From Eledone cirrhosa (Eukaryota), in contig CAXHJY010001290.1 in assembly GCA_964016885.1 (NCBI GenBank), positions 17,389-81,388 on the forward strand: 64,000 nucleotides of DNA. The letters are read 5' to 3'. Below are positions 41,361-55,334 of this stretch, one piece after another. The notes beneath the pieces are model-generated. The model saw only the letters and a list, made by a program, of their open reading frames with translations. It searched no databases and was not told the DNA's origin. A program made the translations under genes and the position numbers. Within the stretch, counting starts at the first letter, position 1; every line of letters begins with the position of its first letter.

Positions 41361-41466
<106 letters not shown>

Positions 41467-41488
41467 GTATATATATATATATCGGTTT

Positions 41489-41772
41489 CCTAAATAGAAT
41501 TTTAGTCTACGACTTCAGTTATACCATTTACGTGGTTTTGTCTTTGCGTGTAATTGTTCTCACCGCTCCACATAATGACGTATTATCTTCGTTTTTTCCG
41601 TTCATTGCCAGAGAACGTCTCCATGAACCACCTAATGGAATATTAGTCTACGACTTCATTTATACCATACACGTGGTTTTGTCTTTGCGTGTAATTGTTT
41701 TCAGCGCACCAAATAATGACGTATTATCTTCGTTTTTTTCCGTTCTTTGCCAGGGAACGTTTCCACGAACCA
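41489..41772 (+). repeat. Two diverged ~140-bp tandem copies upstream of a family C element
   Basis: ttagtctacgacttca...gaacca occurs twice. Confidence 0.8.
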
Positions 41773-42736
41773 AAGTATCGTCTTCCAGTTTTCCTTCGGT
41801 TGCAACGTTTTTTTGAAATATTTACTTCTGCGTTCACAGATTGACTTTTTTAGTTTCAGAAGATCTCGTTAAGGGTGAAAGCAGCGATTCTTTGCTTAAA
41901 CTTTAATCTGTTATTTTAATAAATATTTGCTCTACGGTTCTTATATATCTGATATATATTTATTCTTATCGAGCCCTCTTTGGATGTTAGTCTTTAAATT
42001 TATTATTATTACTATATATACAGTGTATGTATATATATATATATATACATACATACATGCATACATACATACATACATACATATATACATACATACATAC
42101 ATGGTGGTGGCTGCCAACTCGTTTTCGAGTACGGCCACTACTTTATATCCATGTAGGAGAACTCCTACCGATGCGCTGAACGAGTGTGACTTTTTAGTCC
42201 AGCCAGCGACTTGAAAACTCTGGTACAAACACTACACTTGTGACAATTATTGACACATAGTGCTGGGCCCATGGTACCATGTGACGACAAGTGCAGAGAG
42301 ATCTCCAGATATAAAGCAATGCCTGTGCCGTGAAGCTTTTATAGTGAGCAAAGGCACTGCACAAAGCCAGTCCCACTCTCTTAACCAAGATGATATTTAC
42401 CAAAAAGTAGAACAAGTCAACATCATTGGATACCATCAGAGTTGCAGGTGTTATATCAGAGTTTTCCTTCTCCTAGAATTCTGCCTTGACAAAGGCTAAG
42501 GGGTCATCTCTCCCGGTGATTTTGGATGGCCATTGACTCTTAAGAGCTCCTTTTCCCTTTGACAGGTTTTGTTTTTAGTCCTGCAGGATGTCCAAAGTCA
42601 CCCTCCTCACCAAGAAACCTTGGTGGGATTGCCAGTTTAGTCGCCAACGACCCGACCATGGGACAGGTTGTACTGGGATACATGTTACATCAGATAAAAC
42701 CATCTACTATGTCAGGGTATGTCATGTATCATTTTG

Positions 42737-42799
42737 TTTTATCTGATGAGGACGTACTGTTGAACTTAACTCAGTACCTCTGAAATATGTATAATAAAA
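42737..42799 (+). ncRNA. Type I hammerhead ribozyme, sister of 2476-2537
   Basis: ttttat-CTGATGA-gga.gtactg/cagtac.tct-GAA-ATATGTAT-A-ataaaa. Confidence 0.78.
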
Positions 42800-43098
42800 T
42801 ATAATTGATCACAAGAATATCTATTTTGTTAATATTTTGAATTAATATTAATAACTCTGGAAAACCTTTTCTGTTGAGTGCTTCGAATCTATTGTAAAAC
42901 TCATTCTTTGATGTATTCATTGAACCTTGTTTAACTCTTAAATATATATATATATATTTATATTTATATATATATTTATGTATGTATATGTATGTTGATA
43001 GGTATGTATTTATGTAAACATATGTAATGTCGGTGTATAAATATTGTTTCCCTGAAGCAGCAGCTGTGCACACGATTTATTCTGTATGTCTGCCTACT

Positions 43099-43104
43099 TA
43101 TTCT

Positions 43105-43153
<49 letters not shown>

Positions 43154-43200
43154 CAAGGGCCACCAAGGCAAATTATGGTGCGCTTTCATCAGATAAAATA
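43099..43200 (-). ncRNA. Hammerhead whose helix III is an (AT)22 microsatellite
   Basis: tattttat-CTGATGA-aag..cacca/tggtg..ctt-GAA-(AT)22-C-acagaata; helix I has one A-C mismatch. Confidence 0.65.
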
Positions 43201-43232
43201 CAGATTTGTTTTATAAATATTGACATACCCGG

Positions 43233-43307
<75 letters not shown>

Positions 43308-43446
43308 AGAATAAATAGACATCACCGAATAAAACGTTTATGTTTAATTAAATCTGCTCCTAGAGATTCGCAAAAGATGTTTTTTTTTCTTATGTAGGTG
43401 GATACAACATTGAATTTTCGCTGGACTCAAATGTTTCGATATGTTT

Positions 43447-44530
43447 ATGGCCCATAGTTTATTCTAAGAGATTTATTCTTTACAAGACAACAGTTTGAAC
43501 AGATACCACCAAAAGTATGAATCTAGATAAGGCAGACAAATTTGAATAACTGAACATGATAAAATACAAGTCAACAGTAGAGCAATGGCCCATAGTTTAT
43601 TCTAAGAGATTTATTCTTTACAAGACGACAGTTTGAACAGATACCACCAAAAGTATGAATCTAGATAAGGCAGACAAATTTGAATAACTGAACATGATAA
43701 AATACAAGTCAACAGTAGAGCAATGGCCCATAGTTTATTCTAAGAGATATATTCTTTACAAGACAACAGTTTGAACAGATCCCTCCAAAAGTATGAATCT
43801 AGATAAGGCAGACAAATTTGAATAACTGAACATGATAAAATACAAGTCAACAGTAGAGCAATGGCCCATAGTTTATTCTAAGAGATATATTCTTTACAAG
43901 ACGACAGTTTGAACAGATACCACCAAAAGTATGAATCTAGATAAGGCAGACAAATTTGAATAACTGAACATGATAAAATACAATTCAACAGTAGAGCAAT
44001 GGTCCATAGTTTATTCTAAGAGATATATTCTTTACAAGACAACAGTTTGAACAGATCCCTCCAAAAGTATGAATCTAGATAAGGCAGACAAATTTGAATA
44101 ACTGAACATGATAAAATACAATTCAACAGTAGAGCAATGGTCCATAGTCTATTCTAAGAGATTTATTCTTTACAAGACGACAGTTTGAACAGATCCCTCC
44201 AAAAGTATGAATCTAGATAAGGCAGACAAATTTGAAGAACTGAACATAATAAAATATAATTGTTTCTACATTTGGCACAAGGCCAGCAATTATCCCAATG
44301 TATTATTAGTTTTATTTTATCGACCCCCGCAAGGATGAAAGGTAAAGTTAACCTCGGCGGATTTGAACTCAGACCGTAAAGCTCTGTAATGTCAACAGTA
44401 GAGCAATACTCAGTTTATTCTAAGAGATATATTCTTTACAAAACAATAGTTTGAACAGATACCACCAAAAGTATGAATCCAGATAAGGGTGAGAAATTTG
44501 AATAACTAAACATGAGAAAATATAAGTCAA
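43447..44530. repeat. 138-bp tandem array interrupted by a SINE
   Basis: Unit starts 43447, 43585, 43723, 43861, 43999 and 44137; SINE about 44259-44390; diverged last unit. Confidence 0.93.
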
Positions 44531-44621
44531 ACATATATAAATAGCCATATTGATAAGGCCACAAATTGAAAAAAGGCGTTAGAGATGTCGGGTCAAAAAG
44601 GTATCATTATTTGTTCCGTCT

Positions 44622-45175
44622 AGGGCGGCGGATTGGCAGTATCGGTAGAGGGTCGATCGCCATGCATTGCAGCATAGAGTTACGGCCGTCTATGATCTGA
44701 GATCAAATCCCGCCGAGGTTAACTTTGCCTTACATCCTTTCATCCCAAATTGCTGGCCTTGTGCCTATATAAGAAACCATTATTTGTTCCGTCTCACATT
44801 GCTCTGCCGAAGTCAACGTTGCTTTCATAAAATCCCACTGTGGTTAGCTTTGCCTTTCATCCTTACGGGGGTCTATAAAATAAAGTACCAGTGACGTACT
44901 GGGGGTAATCGCTGGCCTTGTGCCAAAAGTAGAAACTATTATTTAATCCTTTCCCAGGGCGGTGGATCGGCAGAATCGACAGAACATCAGACAACATGCT
45001 TCGTGACATATATTTACGCTACTTGACGTTCTGAGTTCAAATCCCGCGACGTTAGCTTTGCCTTTTCCTTTCATCCTTACAGAGTCGATAAAATAAAGCA
45101 CCAGTGACGCTATGGGGCCGATTTGGCCCACTTTCCCCTTCCCTTCAAATTGCTGGCCTTGTGCCAAAAAGTAGA
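44622..45175 (+). mobile_element. Cluster of major SINE copies
   Basis: About 44622-44778 (flanked by cattatttgttccgtct duplication), 44840-44940 and 44957-45175. Confidence 0.85.
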
Positions 45176-45639
45176 AAAAAATATTTTTAATCTCACCTTT
45201 AAAATAATAGATGACACATACATCATTAAATTGATTGTTATCCAGTCTATTGATTTACCTTTTTAGCAAATTTTCTATTTATTAATGCATTGGACTGTAA
45301 CAACGTATTTAGTTAGAGATTTAGAATTCGTTAAGACAGAAAAGAAAAAAACGATGTGTTTACGTGAAAACATTTACAATCTTGTCTTATATTTTAGTTT
45401 TAATAGAATGGATTGTTTCTTAAAGAACTTAATAATAATATCCACTTTAAAACTATTGATTACTTTTCTTTAGGTAAAAAGACATCGTATAATTAATCTA
45501 TGGTTGCCAGTGTTCTTTTCAAGAATATTGGTGATGTAAATCACGGCCCTTTACAAGCACACCTGCGGCCCACACAAATGTTTTTACAGTTTTTACATGT
45601 TTTATCTTCGTAAAATTAATTGTCGTGTGTAGCCCTCAG

Positions 45640-47235
45640 ACAACACACATGTGACCCATGTGGCCCTGGGGGGGGGGGGACCCCTCAGTATGACATGCCT
45701 GATGTAAATAATGAGATTAAAACGGAAACGCATTTGAACGATAATTTGGATGTTATTAAACCATCTTCTTGGTTGTCTATCTCTGGGTAACCCGCAGGCT
45801 GGGTTTGTGCGTAAAATCTGTTCAGCGATTTTTTCCTTAGACATGCTTACCACATGTCCGTAGTACCGGAGCTGTGATCTTTCGATACAGGGAAATACTG
45901 GCTCTACCTGGAGTGACCCCCTGATTTTCGAGCTACGCACTCTACCGAGTTACGTTATTCCTAAGACTCTTCAGGGGAACTCTATTCTGGCTGCTAGTAT
46001 TCACGATCGTACTCTTTTGGTCATTATCCAAGATTCATGACCATTGGTAAGGGTAGGTACGAACATCGTTTTGAAGATAGTAATGTTTACCTCTACCCCC
46101 CTTCTTTTGCTGACCGAATGCTGAAGCTGGTACATTATTGTATCTGCATTTAATTTAGCTACTTGACTTCCATAACTCGTGAAAACAGATCCGAAATACT
46201 TGGACTTTTCCACCTGCATCATTGTAAATCTCTTCACCTGCAAAGCGCACTGCGCAAGCTTTCTCGGTAGGACGAGTGCTTCAGTTTTCGCAGCACCATT
46301 TTCATTCATGTCATGCAACACTCAGCAGCAAACCTATCAAGTGCATGCTGGAGATCACCTTCCGACTTTAGATCAGCAAATAAAGTATTCTGGTAGACCA
46401 TTCGCAAACTTCGTCATAAGAAGCCCTCTTCCGCGCCTGCTATCAGGAACTCACCTAGGGTTCTTCTGTCTGAAGTGAGGTGTATCCTCGCGAGGTGGAG
46501 AAAATACTTTGCTTGTCTCCGAAATCGGGTCGCAACAACATCTTCTGATGTACATGAGGTGCATTTAGAGGCGAATACACTAACCCCTCGCAGGTTGAGG
46601 TCACCAGAGCAATTAAAGCACTCACATTTGGCAAGGCCTCTAGGTAAAGTAGGCATGATCTGACCGACTCATGTCTGCTGGGCATTCTGGATCTCTGGAA
46701 AAGTACCAAAGCAACATCAATCTGGAGTGTTAACCCCAATTTCTAATAAGGAAGACAAGAGAGATTGCCCTAAATACATAGGAATCTCCTTGTTAAGCCT
46801 CCCCAGTAAAGTCTGAGGATCTTGTCTAGTTCAAGTAAGCTGACGAACAGTGTGGCTTTCGCCATACGCGCAGCAAATATTCACACTGCAGCAGATTATC
46901 GAGAAATCGTGGAAGTATTGTCAGGAGGTGTATGTTTATTTCGTGAACCTCAAAAACGGTACATGACCTCGTTCCACGGGATCTGTTGTGGAAAATTCTT
47001 CAATAATTTGGGATCGACCAGTAGCTTCTTATAGCCATGAAGTCCCTATACGAATGCCCCAGTATATGTGTTCGGATAAATGGTGCTATTTCGAAACCAT
47101 TCACTCTGGGTTTCGGATTCCGTTAAGGATGTACGTTGTCAGCTCTCCTTTTCATAATTTTCATGAACATGTGCAACATGGTTGGAAATGGTATCAAAGC
47201 TCGCGAATCATTTGCAGATGACAGTGTGCTATTTA
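45640..47235 (-). mobile_element. Decayed RTE-clade LINE with inverted 5' part
   Basis: Plus strand about 46325-47235 reads ARWRKYF..YIGISLLSLPSKV..FADD (47211-47222); minus strand 46321-45640 reads KTEALV..KYFG..PTLTNGHESW..QLRYYGHV. Confidence 0.8.
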
Positions 47236-47641
47236 ACTTTAAACACTTGAATATATAAATTATAAAATGATTAATTGTACGACTAGACGAAGGAATAAAT
47301 GATTGAATAAAAAAACAACTTGTAATAAACCTGTTATTGATATGAAGGAGACTTCATTTATTCTGAATTCAATCACCATGATACTAATTAGCAAGGCATA
47401 AATCCATCAGTTTTTAATTAGACGCAAATACTTCGTAGAAGGCAAAGAATATCAATTCTATGTAGTCAGTTTATAACTAGACTAGATTTATAACCTAGCA
47501 TGTTTCGTGTCCATCTACATTACGACTAACATTAGCATGTGTTACGATAGCTGTGAGAAGTTTAATAAATGGCATGCCAGTATATAGGTTTGAATACAGC
47601 CGATTCCTTCAAGAAGAAGACGGAGAAGAAGAACGGGAGAA

Positions 47642-47677
<36 letters not shown>

Positions 47678-49886
47678 TTGGGAGAGAAAGAGGGAGGAAG
47701 AATAAACTTCAAAGTTGAATCGATAATTTATTTATTAACCTCAATGAAAATGAATGTTGAACTCGCTGGCATTTAAACTCAGAGACCCAGAACGAATACC
47801 TCAAAGTATTCTATCCGGTGTTCTGACGATTCTGCCAATTCGATGCCCTGAACATGACGAATGAAGCTAAATTTATCATTATATAACTAGTTATGTATAG
47901 TGTTAACATTAACATTAACGATAGAATATATTTATATGGCTAAATTCTCTTCGCCGTATGTTGTGTCGATCTACTTATATTTTCACATCTCTATTGCTGA
48001 CAGAACAAATTTGGAAAAGAGTAGTGGTGTCTGGTTTCATTGAATATGCTATCAAAATAACTTTGTAATGTTGTTGTATCTACCGAAGGAAAAACAAAAT
48101 TAAGAGAATTCTGCTGAATTTTTGCTTTCTAACTTTAAGTTTCATATTTACTGTAAGAGATAGGCTTTTAAAAATATAATGTGATACATTAAAAAAAGTA
48201 CTTCCTCCTTTTCAAATAGAATATATTCAAACAAAACATTGATACTTGCGAAAATGGAATACTTGAATTTTATTAAAGAAAACACCATTAAGCTTAAACA
48301 TACACGCTTGAGGAGACTTTTGAAAAAATAACTTTTGTAGGATTTCACTGGATTTAAACATAAGAGATGAGTTATTCTTGCTAGCAGTGTGTAAATATTT
48401 TTCATTTCTACTTCGCCTTTTGAAAGATAGCTTTCAAGAAGAAAGCAAGCTCTATAGAATTTTGCTGAGAAGTTAAGAAGTTTGCTTGACAATAAGGTGG
48501 CCCCGGGTTCGATGCAGTTGTCCATAAGTTAGCCCTGATTATTTTGGCAGTATCGGCAGAGGGTCGGACGCCATGCTTTCCAGCATAGTTACGTCCCTTT
48601 ACGATCTGAGTTCAAATCCTGCCGAAGTTGACTTTGCCTTTCATCCTTACGGGGTCGATAAAATAAAGTACCAGTAATGCACTGGTAATTGCTGGCCTTG
48701 TGCCTAAAGTAGAAACAATTATTTATTAATTTCCACAAACATCTGCCAAAGCTGTTCGTGGAAATTAGTCGATCCAATAAGGAAATCTCTATCCAACCGC
48801 TCGCTTTGCTAGAAATGTCAATCAAGTTTCCCTAAAAGCACACCTAACTGTTTTAAATGATAGTTTTTGATATCGCTAAAAAGACGGGATGGTCAGCTGG
48901 TGGTCATTGTGGTGTCTAATGACTGGTTGTAGTCATTAGACTTTCGCCATATTGAGGCACCGCATTATTTTACAGGTTTCAGACATTAGACTACTACTAT
49001 GCTGAGTCATTGCCTTCAAGCGAATTAGTCAATAAATAAATAGCCCCACTATTTATTTATTTTTTCAAGTTTAGTATTTATTTTATCGATCTCTTTTGTC
49101 GAACGGCTAAATTGGGAGACACAAACAAACAGAAAACGTTGACACGGGCACATATATACATATATATATATATAGTAATAATAATAAATGTGAAGACTAA
49201 AATCCGAAGAGGGCTCGATATATATATATTTGTGTGTGCGTGCGTGCGTGCGTATGGTGTGTTTGAGTGTGTGTGCGTATGGTGTGTTTGAGTGTGTGTG
49301 CGTATGGTGTGTTTGAGTGTGTGTGCGTTTGTTTGTATGCATAAACAACGTGCCTGCACGCAGTTTCAATTACATGGCATTGAACAACCCAATATTGAAC
49401 AATACAAGACATTTGCCCAAGGTGCCACGTAGTGGAGCAGGACCTGAAATCACGCCGTCGTGAAGCTAACTCTTGAACTACATAGCCATGACTGATGAAG
49501 CCGGCTAGGTGGCATGGCATATAAACAACGATGAATGTAAAAATAGACAAAACCAACCATAGCAAGAACTGAACTCAGAATCATAGATGAATGAAACTAA
49601 TTATATAATAAGATATTTAATCCAACGTTTTACCGTTTTTCCACACCAACACTTTAAGAATAAAAAACATCTTTAAAACTATATTCGTTTATCGCAGAAC
49701 GCAAAAAAGAAAAGACAGTTTCTTCCCAATCGTAACGCAGTAATTTGAATTTTTGGCAACAACAAACTTAAACCAACATTACTTTAAAAAATTGCTTTTT
49801 TTTTTCTTATCATAATTTGAAATATATTTTTTTTTATCTGTCCATACTTGTGAAATTGAACAATAAATAAATAAACAACAATAAAA

Positions 49887-49929
<43 letters not shown>

Positions 49930-50290
49930 ATAGATAAAAAATATAAATAAATAAAATGAAAAGAAAAGATGTATTATTTTTCTGCAATCATTTCTGATGG
50001 CTGACAAAAAGAAAAATATTTATTCAAGCATAAAATAGATGTATTTACTGTTAAAGATTGACAGTAACTTCAACAATATCTATGAAATAGGTTTTTTTTT
50101 ACAGTTTTGCTGTGTCTTTTCTCTCTTCTACTTGTTTGTTTGCTGCGGAATTACAAATAGACTAACTGCATTTAAATGATCTGTAGCAATTCTTTTATTA
50201 GCTTCTTTACTGCCATAGAATTGTTCCTTCAATACTTTAAAATCATTGCAGTGAACATTTCGAGTCAATTGGCAAATGAGAGACACACCA

Positions 50291-50353
<63 letters not shown>

Positions 50354-50380
50354 CATATATAAATATATATATATATATAT

Positions 50381-50411
<31 letters not shown>

Positions 50412-50426
50412 CATATATATATACAC

Positions 50427-50478
<52 letters not shown>

Positions 50479-50527
50479 ATATATATATGCATATGTATAT
50501 ATAAAAAAAAATATATATATATGTTTT

Positions 50528-50560
<33 letters not shown>

Positions 50561-50632
50561 ATGTAAATATATATATCTGTATATATATATACATATATAT
50601 ATACACACACATATATATATATATGTGTGTGT

Positions 50633-50664
<32 letters not shown>

Positions 50665-50716
50665 AAATATATATATATGCATATGTATATATAAAAAAAA
50701 TAAATATATATATATG

Positions 50717-50782
<66 letters not shown>

Positions 50783-51080
50783 TATATATATATGTGTGTG
50801 TATGTAAATATATATATCTGTATATATATATACATAAATATTAAAATCTTAATTGAAATTGTAGAGAGTTTGGTATAAATATTCATTTAAGTTTCTTGAA
50901 TCTTGTCACTTTAATTAGATAAATTCTTTCCAGCTTGAGTTTGCCGTCTAATGGTGAGGCGTTAACACTACCAATAAAAACAATTGACATATACACATAG
51001 AAATAATCAGTTACAAACACAATTCGCCGAAGTCAATTTGGCTTTCTTGATTCCAGGATCGATAAAATAAAATACCAGCA

Positions 51081-51897
51081 AAATAATTGTTTCTACTTTT
51101 GGCGCAAGCCCAGCAACTATACCAGTTCATTACTGGTACCAGTCAAACAATAGTAGCAATTAAATTACATCTCCCCCAGCCCATCACAAAAAAATAATTG
51201 TTTCTACTTTTGGCGCAAGCCCAGCAACTATACCAGTTCATTACTGGTACCAGTCAAATAATAGTAGCAATTAAATTACATCTCCCCCAGCCCATCACAA
51301 AAAAATAATTGTTTCTACTTTTGGCGCAAGCCCAGCAACTATACCAGTTCATTACTGGTACCAGTCAAATAATAGTAGCAATTAAATTACATCTCCCCCA
51401 GCACATCACAAAAAAATAATTGTTTCTACTTTAGCACAAGGCCAACAATTATACCAGTTCATTACTGGTACCAGTCAAATAATAGTAGCAATTAAATTAC
51501 ATCTCCCCCAGCCCATCACAAAAAAATAATTGTTTCTACTTTTGGCGCAAGCCCAGCAACTATACCAGTTCATTACTGGTACCAGTCAAATAATAGTAGC
51601 AATTAAATTACATCTCCCCCAGCCCATCACAAAAAAATAATTGTTTCTACTTTTGGCGCAAGCCCAGCAACTATACCAGTTCATTACTGGTACCAGTCAA
51701 ATAATAGTAGCAATTATATTACATCTCCCCCAGCCCATCACAAAAAAATAATTGTTTCTACTTTTGGCGCAAGCCCAGCAACTATACCAGTTCATTACTG
51801 GTACCAGTCAAATAATAGTAGCAATTAAATTACATCTCCCCCAGCCCATCACAAAAAAATAATTGTTTCTACTTTAGCACAAGGCCAACAATTACCC
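51081..51897. repeat. 111-bp tandem array built partly from SINE 3'-end sequence
   Basis: Marker ttgtttctac at 51087, 51198, 51309, 51420, 51530, 51641, 51752 and 51863. Confidence 0.92.
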
Positions 51898-51924
51898 CTA
51901 TTACTACTGCTAATAATAATAATG

Positions 51925-52558
51925 ATTGTTTCTTCTTTTGGTACAAGGCCAGCAATTACTCCAGTGCATTACTGGTACTTTATTTTATCGACCCCGTAAG
52001 GATGAAAGGCAAAGTCAACCTCGGCGGGATTTGAACTCAGATCGTAAAGGGACGTAACTCTGCTGGAAAGCATGGCGTCCGACCCTCTACCGATACTGCC
52101 AAGCCACCGTCCACTACTGCTAATAATAATGATTGTTTCTACTTTTGGTACAAGGCTTTCAATTACCCCAGTGCATTACTGGTACTTTATTTTATCGACC
52201 TCGTAAGGATGAAAGGCAAAGTTAACCTCGGCGGAATTTGAACTCAAACCGTAAAGGGCCATAACTCTATGCTGCAAAGCATGGCGTCCGACACTCTACC
52301 GATCCTTCCAATCCATCGCCCTATAATTCAACTGGTTTTGTGCCTAAAGTAGGAACCATTATAGTGTAATAAATGGCGGTGGATTGGCAGTATCGGTAGA
52401 GGGTCGGACGCCATGCTTTCCAGCATAGTTACGTCCCTTTACGATCTGAGTTCAAATCCCGCCGAGGTTGACTTTGCCTTTCATCCTTACGGGGTCGATA
52501 AAATAAAGTACCAGTAATGCACTGGGTAATTGCTGGCCTTGTGCCTAAAGCAGAAACA
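51925..52558. mobile_element. Two minus and one plus major SINE beside the exon 1 donor
   Basis: About 51925-52110 (-), 52132-52322 (-), 52372-52558 (+, TSD attatagtgtaata). Confidence 0.9.
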
Positions 52559-52591
52559 ATTATAGTGTAATATATGAAACGGTTTACTTAC

Positions 52592-52891
52592 CTTTATAGG
52601 AACGCAGAGAACGATAAGAAGGAGATCAGCCGATGCTAAACTGAGGAGAAATATATTTGTCAGTGTTCGCATTCTTCGGTAGTGTGCTATGGAGAATATT
52701 ACCAAAGCATTACCCGTAACTCCGAGGATTAATGTCAAACCGTACACAATAGCCACTGGTAATAATTCCATGAGAGGTAACGTGCTGACTGAAGCATGAT
52801 AGTCATAAGTATATTCGTCATTTTCACTATCGTTCGTATTAGAAGATGTATTTGTGGAAAGATCCATGGAATAATCCAATTCTTCCGCCAT
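52592..52891 (-). CDS. Class A neuropeptide-type GPCR, coding exon 1 (N-terminus, TM1, TM2)
   Basis: MAEELDYS...GVTGNALV...TNIFLLSLASADLLLIVLCVPIK; GN (TM1) and LAxAD (TM2) motifs; N-glycosylation sequons NTS and NDS; donor AAG|gtaagt, phase 0. In-frame upstream ATGs at 52903, 52909 and 53005 make the start uncertain. Confidence 0.93.
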
Positions 52892-53246
52892 ATTGTTATG
52901 CATATACATATGCAAATATATACTATTGTCAATCTTGATACATATAACAAATGGATCAGTATTCAAATAGAGTTTAATGTCTGATGAGTGAATGATTAAA
53001 GGCATGAACCCAGCAGCTAAGTTGAAATATCGCTTCTCTTTTCAATATCGCTTATCAATCAATATGTTCCATATTATATATGTAGAGATGTAGTCGCTAA
53101 AATAGCAATATGTTTTGTTTCCTGTACTCACATTTGCGGATCTTTCCTTGACACTGATTCTTTAATCTTCCGATGAGATACATACCTATTTAAATACATA
53201 CTAGGTGTAAAATATTAGTATTCTCCTTCATGCGTGTATAAAAATG

Positions 53247-53301
<55 letters not shown>

Positions 53302-53581
53302 TAATAATAATTATTATTATTACATTTTATGTCTATCCTAGTTATGTATTTAATGAAATTTGTGCCGAAACAATTGTAAAGATTAAATGATTTAAGAACC
53401 TTTATCTGTTCTCTTAATTTGTTTTATATGCTATATATTAAAAATGCCAGGTTTCTTCTCTGAAGAGTTTTTTCCTTATATTTGTGTTTGTTAGCGCATA
53501 AACACTGAGCTTAAATTTTCTTATTCCCAATTTCTTTTCAAGTAACTCTGTGTATGTTTTTCTTATATATAATATAATATA

Positions 53582-53656
<75 letters not shown>

Positions 53657-53699
53657 AGAAATCTACATATGTGTATTTATATGTATATACTCTCACTCT

Positions 53700-53866
<167 letters not shown>

Positions 53867-55044
53867 CGAGATCTAATTTATTTGCAATCAATCTTTTTTA
53901 ATATATTTTTGAAATAGGCTTTCATTGTGACATTCCAAAAATAAATTTTTTACGTTAAAATTCCAAAGTGTAACAGACCGAATCATTTTGGAGAAATAGT
54001 GTAATGGATGAAAGAAAACTATAATGAAAGTTATAAAAAACAACGTAACGTGTATGGACATTGATGTTTCTTATACATTTTGTAGTTTATTTCTAGCTAA
54101 AATAATTTTCTAGGTAACTCTGCAGAAATTGTAGGAGAGGGTGGTGGAGTAGGGTGGAAAAGCAAGGTAAAATAGTATAACGAAAACAATAACAAAACAA
54201 CAAACAAAGAAAACAAACAAAGACAAAACTAAGTCAATAAAACGAAAATCAAAATGGCGGAGAAAAAGCAATCACCAACTGTCAAACAACAATAACAATA
54301 TTAACGAAAACCACAATATTAACAACAATAACAACATATACAACAGTATCAATACATTACGACAACGCTGATTTAACAAAAAAACGTATTTAATTTGGTT
54401 TGGATTAATTTTCTAGACTATTAAATTTATGTTTGCCAGAAATTCTTGGTTTAACATGACAAACTATTTCTATTGAACTCTGATTAGCAATTCCTTGATT
54501 ACATTTTTATTCAGCCAAAAAAATGACAAAAAACGAAAGAATTGGATAAAAAATGGTTTGCTCTTGCGGTCATTTCAGGTTCTTTAATTCAAGTTTTGGA
54601 AAATATCTCGTATTACTGGTGAAACAGGTGATGTAATAAGGAAACTATCGTAGTGGTAGAAACTTTTTGATATCTGATATCTGATATCTGCAAAGATATA
54701 AAGAGTGACGAAATAAATAAGAATATATGAAGAAAGATAATAGATTAAAATATTTAAAAAAAAGATAAAACAAAACAACACTCACATACACACAGACACA
54801 CTCACACGGACATACTCACTCACAGAGACATATACACAGACACACACGTGTATATATATATATATATATATAATGGAAAAATTTGAACAGGGACAAAACA
54901 GAGAGGCAGTACAACGAATGTTTATTAATTTCACGCTCTGGAGAGTGGGGTGTTGGGGATATAATCATATATATATATATAGTTTCAGAAGATCCCGTTA
55001 AGGGTGAAAGCAGCGATTCTTTGCTTAAACTTTAATCTGTTATC

Positions 55045-55076
<32 letters not shown>

Positions 55077-55138
55077 CTCATTTAAGTAGTGAGCCTTGTT
55101 ACTCTGGAGTTTCACCTGCACACGCGTAGGATCGTCAT

Positions 55139-55220
<82 letters not shown>

Positions 55221-55334
55221 ACACACACACACATATATAATACATACCTGCCATTTCACCACCTTAACCATGCAGTACAGAATGGGTAGTTACTAGACGG
55301 CATTACAACAATAGACTCGTCCGTGGGGGGGGGG

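Noticed and set aside
42435-42512. Possible HDV-like ribozyme in a repeat
   Set aside because: Could not assign P1, P2 and P3 consistently by eye.
48148-48525. 125-aa minus-strand ORF in intron 1
   Set aside because: No recognisable motif; not needed for the GPCR frame; likely chance in AT-rich DNA.
43447-51897. Possible CRISPR-like arrays (138-bp and 111-bp)
   Set aside because: No unique spacers, no cas genes, eukaryotic context.
53185-53200. TATA-like tatttaaata upstream of the GPCR
   Set aside because: Too common in this base composition; transcription start unknown.
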